Source of the DNA: Paramoeba atlantica
Lineage: Eukaryota; Protista; Discosea
Assembly: GCA_977017575.1 (NCBI GenBank)
Contig: CDRNVI010000002.1
Location: 124,001-188,000 of the forward strand
Direction of reading: 5' to 3'
Length of the DNA: 64,000 nucleotides
In this document: in pieces, positions 62,444-64,000 of the stretch
Layout: each line of letters begins with the position of its first letter
Numbering within the stretch: the stretch's first letter is position 1
Position numbers and translations under genes: made by a program
The notes under the pieces: generated by a model
The model's database searches: none
The model's input: the letters and a program-made list of their open reading frames with translations, nothing else
What the model was told of the DNA's origin: nothing

Positions 62444-62789
62444 TAAGATCCACACTGCATCCAACAAATCGATTGATGCAGATTCCGTAGCGTAGGTCGC
62501 ACGCGGCATAATTTCTCGTACGCGTTCAGAAATTCTTGTGCAACATGGAGGTCCGTATGTATTTTGTAATTCTTGGGCACGATAAATTTTGCACGACAAT
62601 GCATTCGCAGTGTGAACTGCTACCTTAAACATTTTGCTTCAGTTAGTTTTAAACATTGACGAATTTTTCTGCAGAATGGATTGCGACTATAAATATGGAT
62701 AATTGCGAGTATAAATATAGATATTGCGAAAATTGTGACTGGACCCGGGATCGACCTGTGAAGGGGAAACCGATACAATTATCCGGATG

Positions 62790-63760
62790 ACATCAGGGTT
62801 TCAGGTGCACAATCCTTGTATCAACGGATGGTCGGTTTCATCGAGATAATCTTCTTTGGAAGGGGTCTACGAGTGCAGTGCATGCTAAAGGATCAGATAA
62901 AACTATTGACGAACGCATAACACAAAATCATCGGGCAGGTTCCCACTTTCAAGATGCAGAAACCTTTAAAAAATGGATAGAACTGTTTTGGCAACCACTT
63001 CTTCCGGGACAACGGCAGACATCGATAAAACAAATGCTCATGGTTCTCTACGGTATTCGATTTGGAAATGAGCCTACAGAGGTGGCCAAGGAGTTTGGTT
63101 TAAGCGTCCGCACAGTTACTCTTTTTTCAAAGGGTTCTCAAAGTCATGCTTTCAGTTGCATACGAAACTGCTTTCGACGAAAGTCATGCTTTCAGTTGCT
63201 TTGACGAAAGCCATGCTTTCATATGATGAAAGCTGAATGTATGAATTACGTCGTGATGCCGCGAGCGGAACATTATCCTACATTGCAGAAAGATGAAACT
63301 TGCTCTTCAAAGTCTAAACGGAGAGGCAACAATCGTCCTCAGCGAATACGCAGGGAGGGATCACAGTGGGCTAGCGTTGTGGCGATCACAAACGCATATC
63401 AAAAGGCCAAAGAAGTCTTCGTCAGTCGTTTAGAAAGCCGCCAGTCGGATACGATAGGTTTTGCACATTTCGATAATGTTTCATTTTTTTCATGGAACGG
63501 ACCATGATCTGACGTGGATAAAAGACGCTGTTCAGATTGTCTGTTGCAGTGAATCGTTTGCTTGCGGCAGAACTCCAATATGATTTTGACCGTTCGATCA
63601 ATTTCCATTTACATATTGAGTGTAATTGTAATTGGCCTGCAAAAGCCAAATGGGTGTAAACAACAACATACTTCCCCATTATGCACTCACATCAGGAGTG
63701 GTAAATTTATTTTCCATAATTCTAGTCTAGAAGGTGTGGAGGGGGTTGATGATGATTGTG
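62790..63760 (+). pseudogene. Merlin/IS1595 (ISXO2)-type transposase relic
   Basis: RAGSHF...TSIKQMLMVLYGIRFGNEPTEVAKEFGLSVRTV (Merlin pre-HTH/HTH), LQKDETCSSKSKRRGNNR...SQW...VFVSRLESRQSDT (first catalytic DE block), later HIRSGKFIFHNSSLEG. Broken by frameshifts and stops. Confidence 0.55.
63140..63220. repeat. imperfect tandem repeat AAAGTCATGCTTTCAGTTGC
   Basis: Exact 20-mers at 63140 and 63180, shorter variants at about 63164 and 63207. Interrupts the transposase relic. Confidence 0.85.
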
Positions 63761-64000
63761 TATCATCCCTTCCCGTAGTCTACTCCTTCCTCGGAGTACC
63801 ACCAAACGCATGCATAGATAACATGTACAGATCACTTGGAATATAGACCACTTGGAAATACGTATAAGAAACGCAACTAAACGCAATGAGGTGACAAATA
63901 AAAAGGAACTTAAAATATAAAAAAATCTGACGACGCTTCGCGCCGCAGGCAGCCAGAGGCTTCGTCAAAAAGGACTCTTTAACCCCCTATAAGTAGGGGG

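Noticed and set aside
62742-62760. B-box/T-arm-like GGTCGATCCCGGGT on the minus strand
   Set aside because: Lacks one T of GGTTCGA, and no cloverleaf or A-box could be built around it.
63140-63220. Palindromic repeats with a short spacer, superficially CRISPR-like
   Set aside because: Only two full copies, irregular spacing, the spacer is itself a degenerate repeat, no cas genes, eukaryotic context.
1-64000. Spliced-leader RNA, tRNA, rRNA or snoRNA genes
   Set aside because: No SL core (ACAGTTTCTGTAC), tRNA cloverleaf or rRNA similarity was recognised by eye. Small snoRNAs cannot be excluded without covariance searches.

Overview
Eukaryotic, gene-dense, intron-less DNA in which all of about 30 credible cellular genes lie on the minus strand, as in a kinetoplastid directional (polycistronic) gene cluster. 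A trypanosomatid-type cytochrome c oxidase subunit VI, a kinetoplastid-type Alba and a relative of the kinetoplast DNA polymerases Pol IB/IC/ID point to Kinetoplastea. Short spacers and strong divergence suggest a Perkinsela-like prokinetoplastid (inference). Recognisable genes include RPL27A, RPL5, EF1B-gamma, NEDD8, ERCC1, CTF4/AND-1, ArfGAP, Vms1/ANKZF1, GTDC1/QTMAN, a PPR-TrmB fusion, three ~890-aa HPR/OPR-like helical-repeat proteins and three 23-aa LRR proteins. The unusual signals are: (1) five symmetric GC-rich islands in which the strand flips from C-rich to G-rich inside genes, rewriting synonymous codons and even amino acids; (2) a 1567-aa apparently catalytically dead Pol IB/C/D-type polymerase; (3) a nest of Tc1/mariner-type elements with TATA junctions at 17.8-20.8 kb, plus TAA/TTAA-flanked MITEs, a Merlin-type transposase relic and a CRE/SLACS-type retrotransposon relic; (4) a perfect 76-bp foldback. 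No tRNA, rRNA, SL RNA or CRISPR array was recognised. All homology calls come from motif recall, not database searches.
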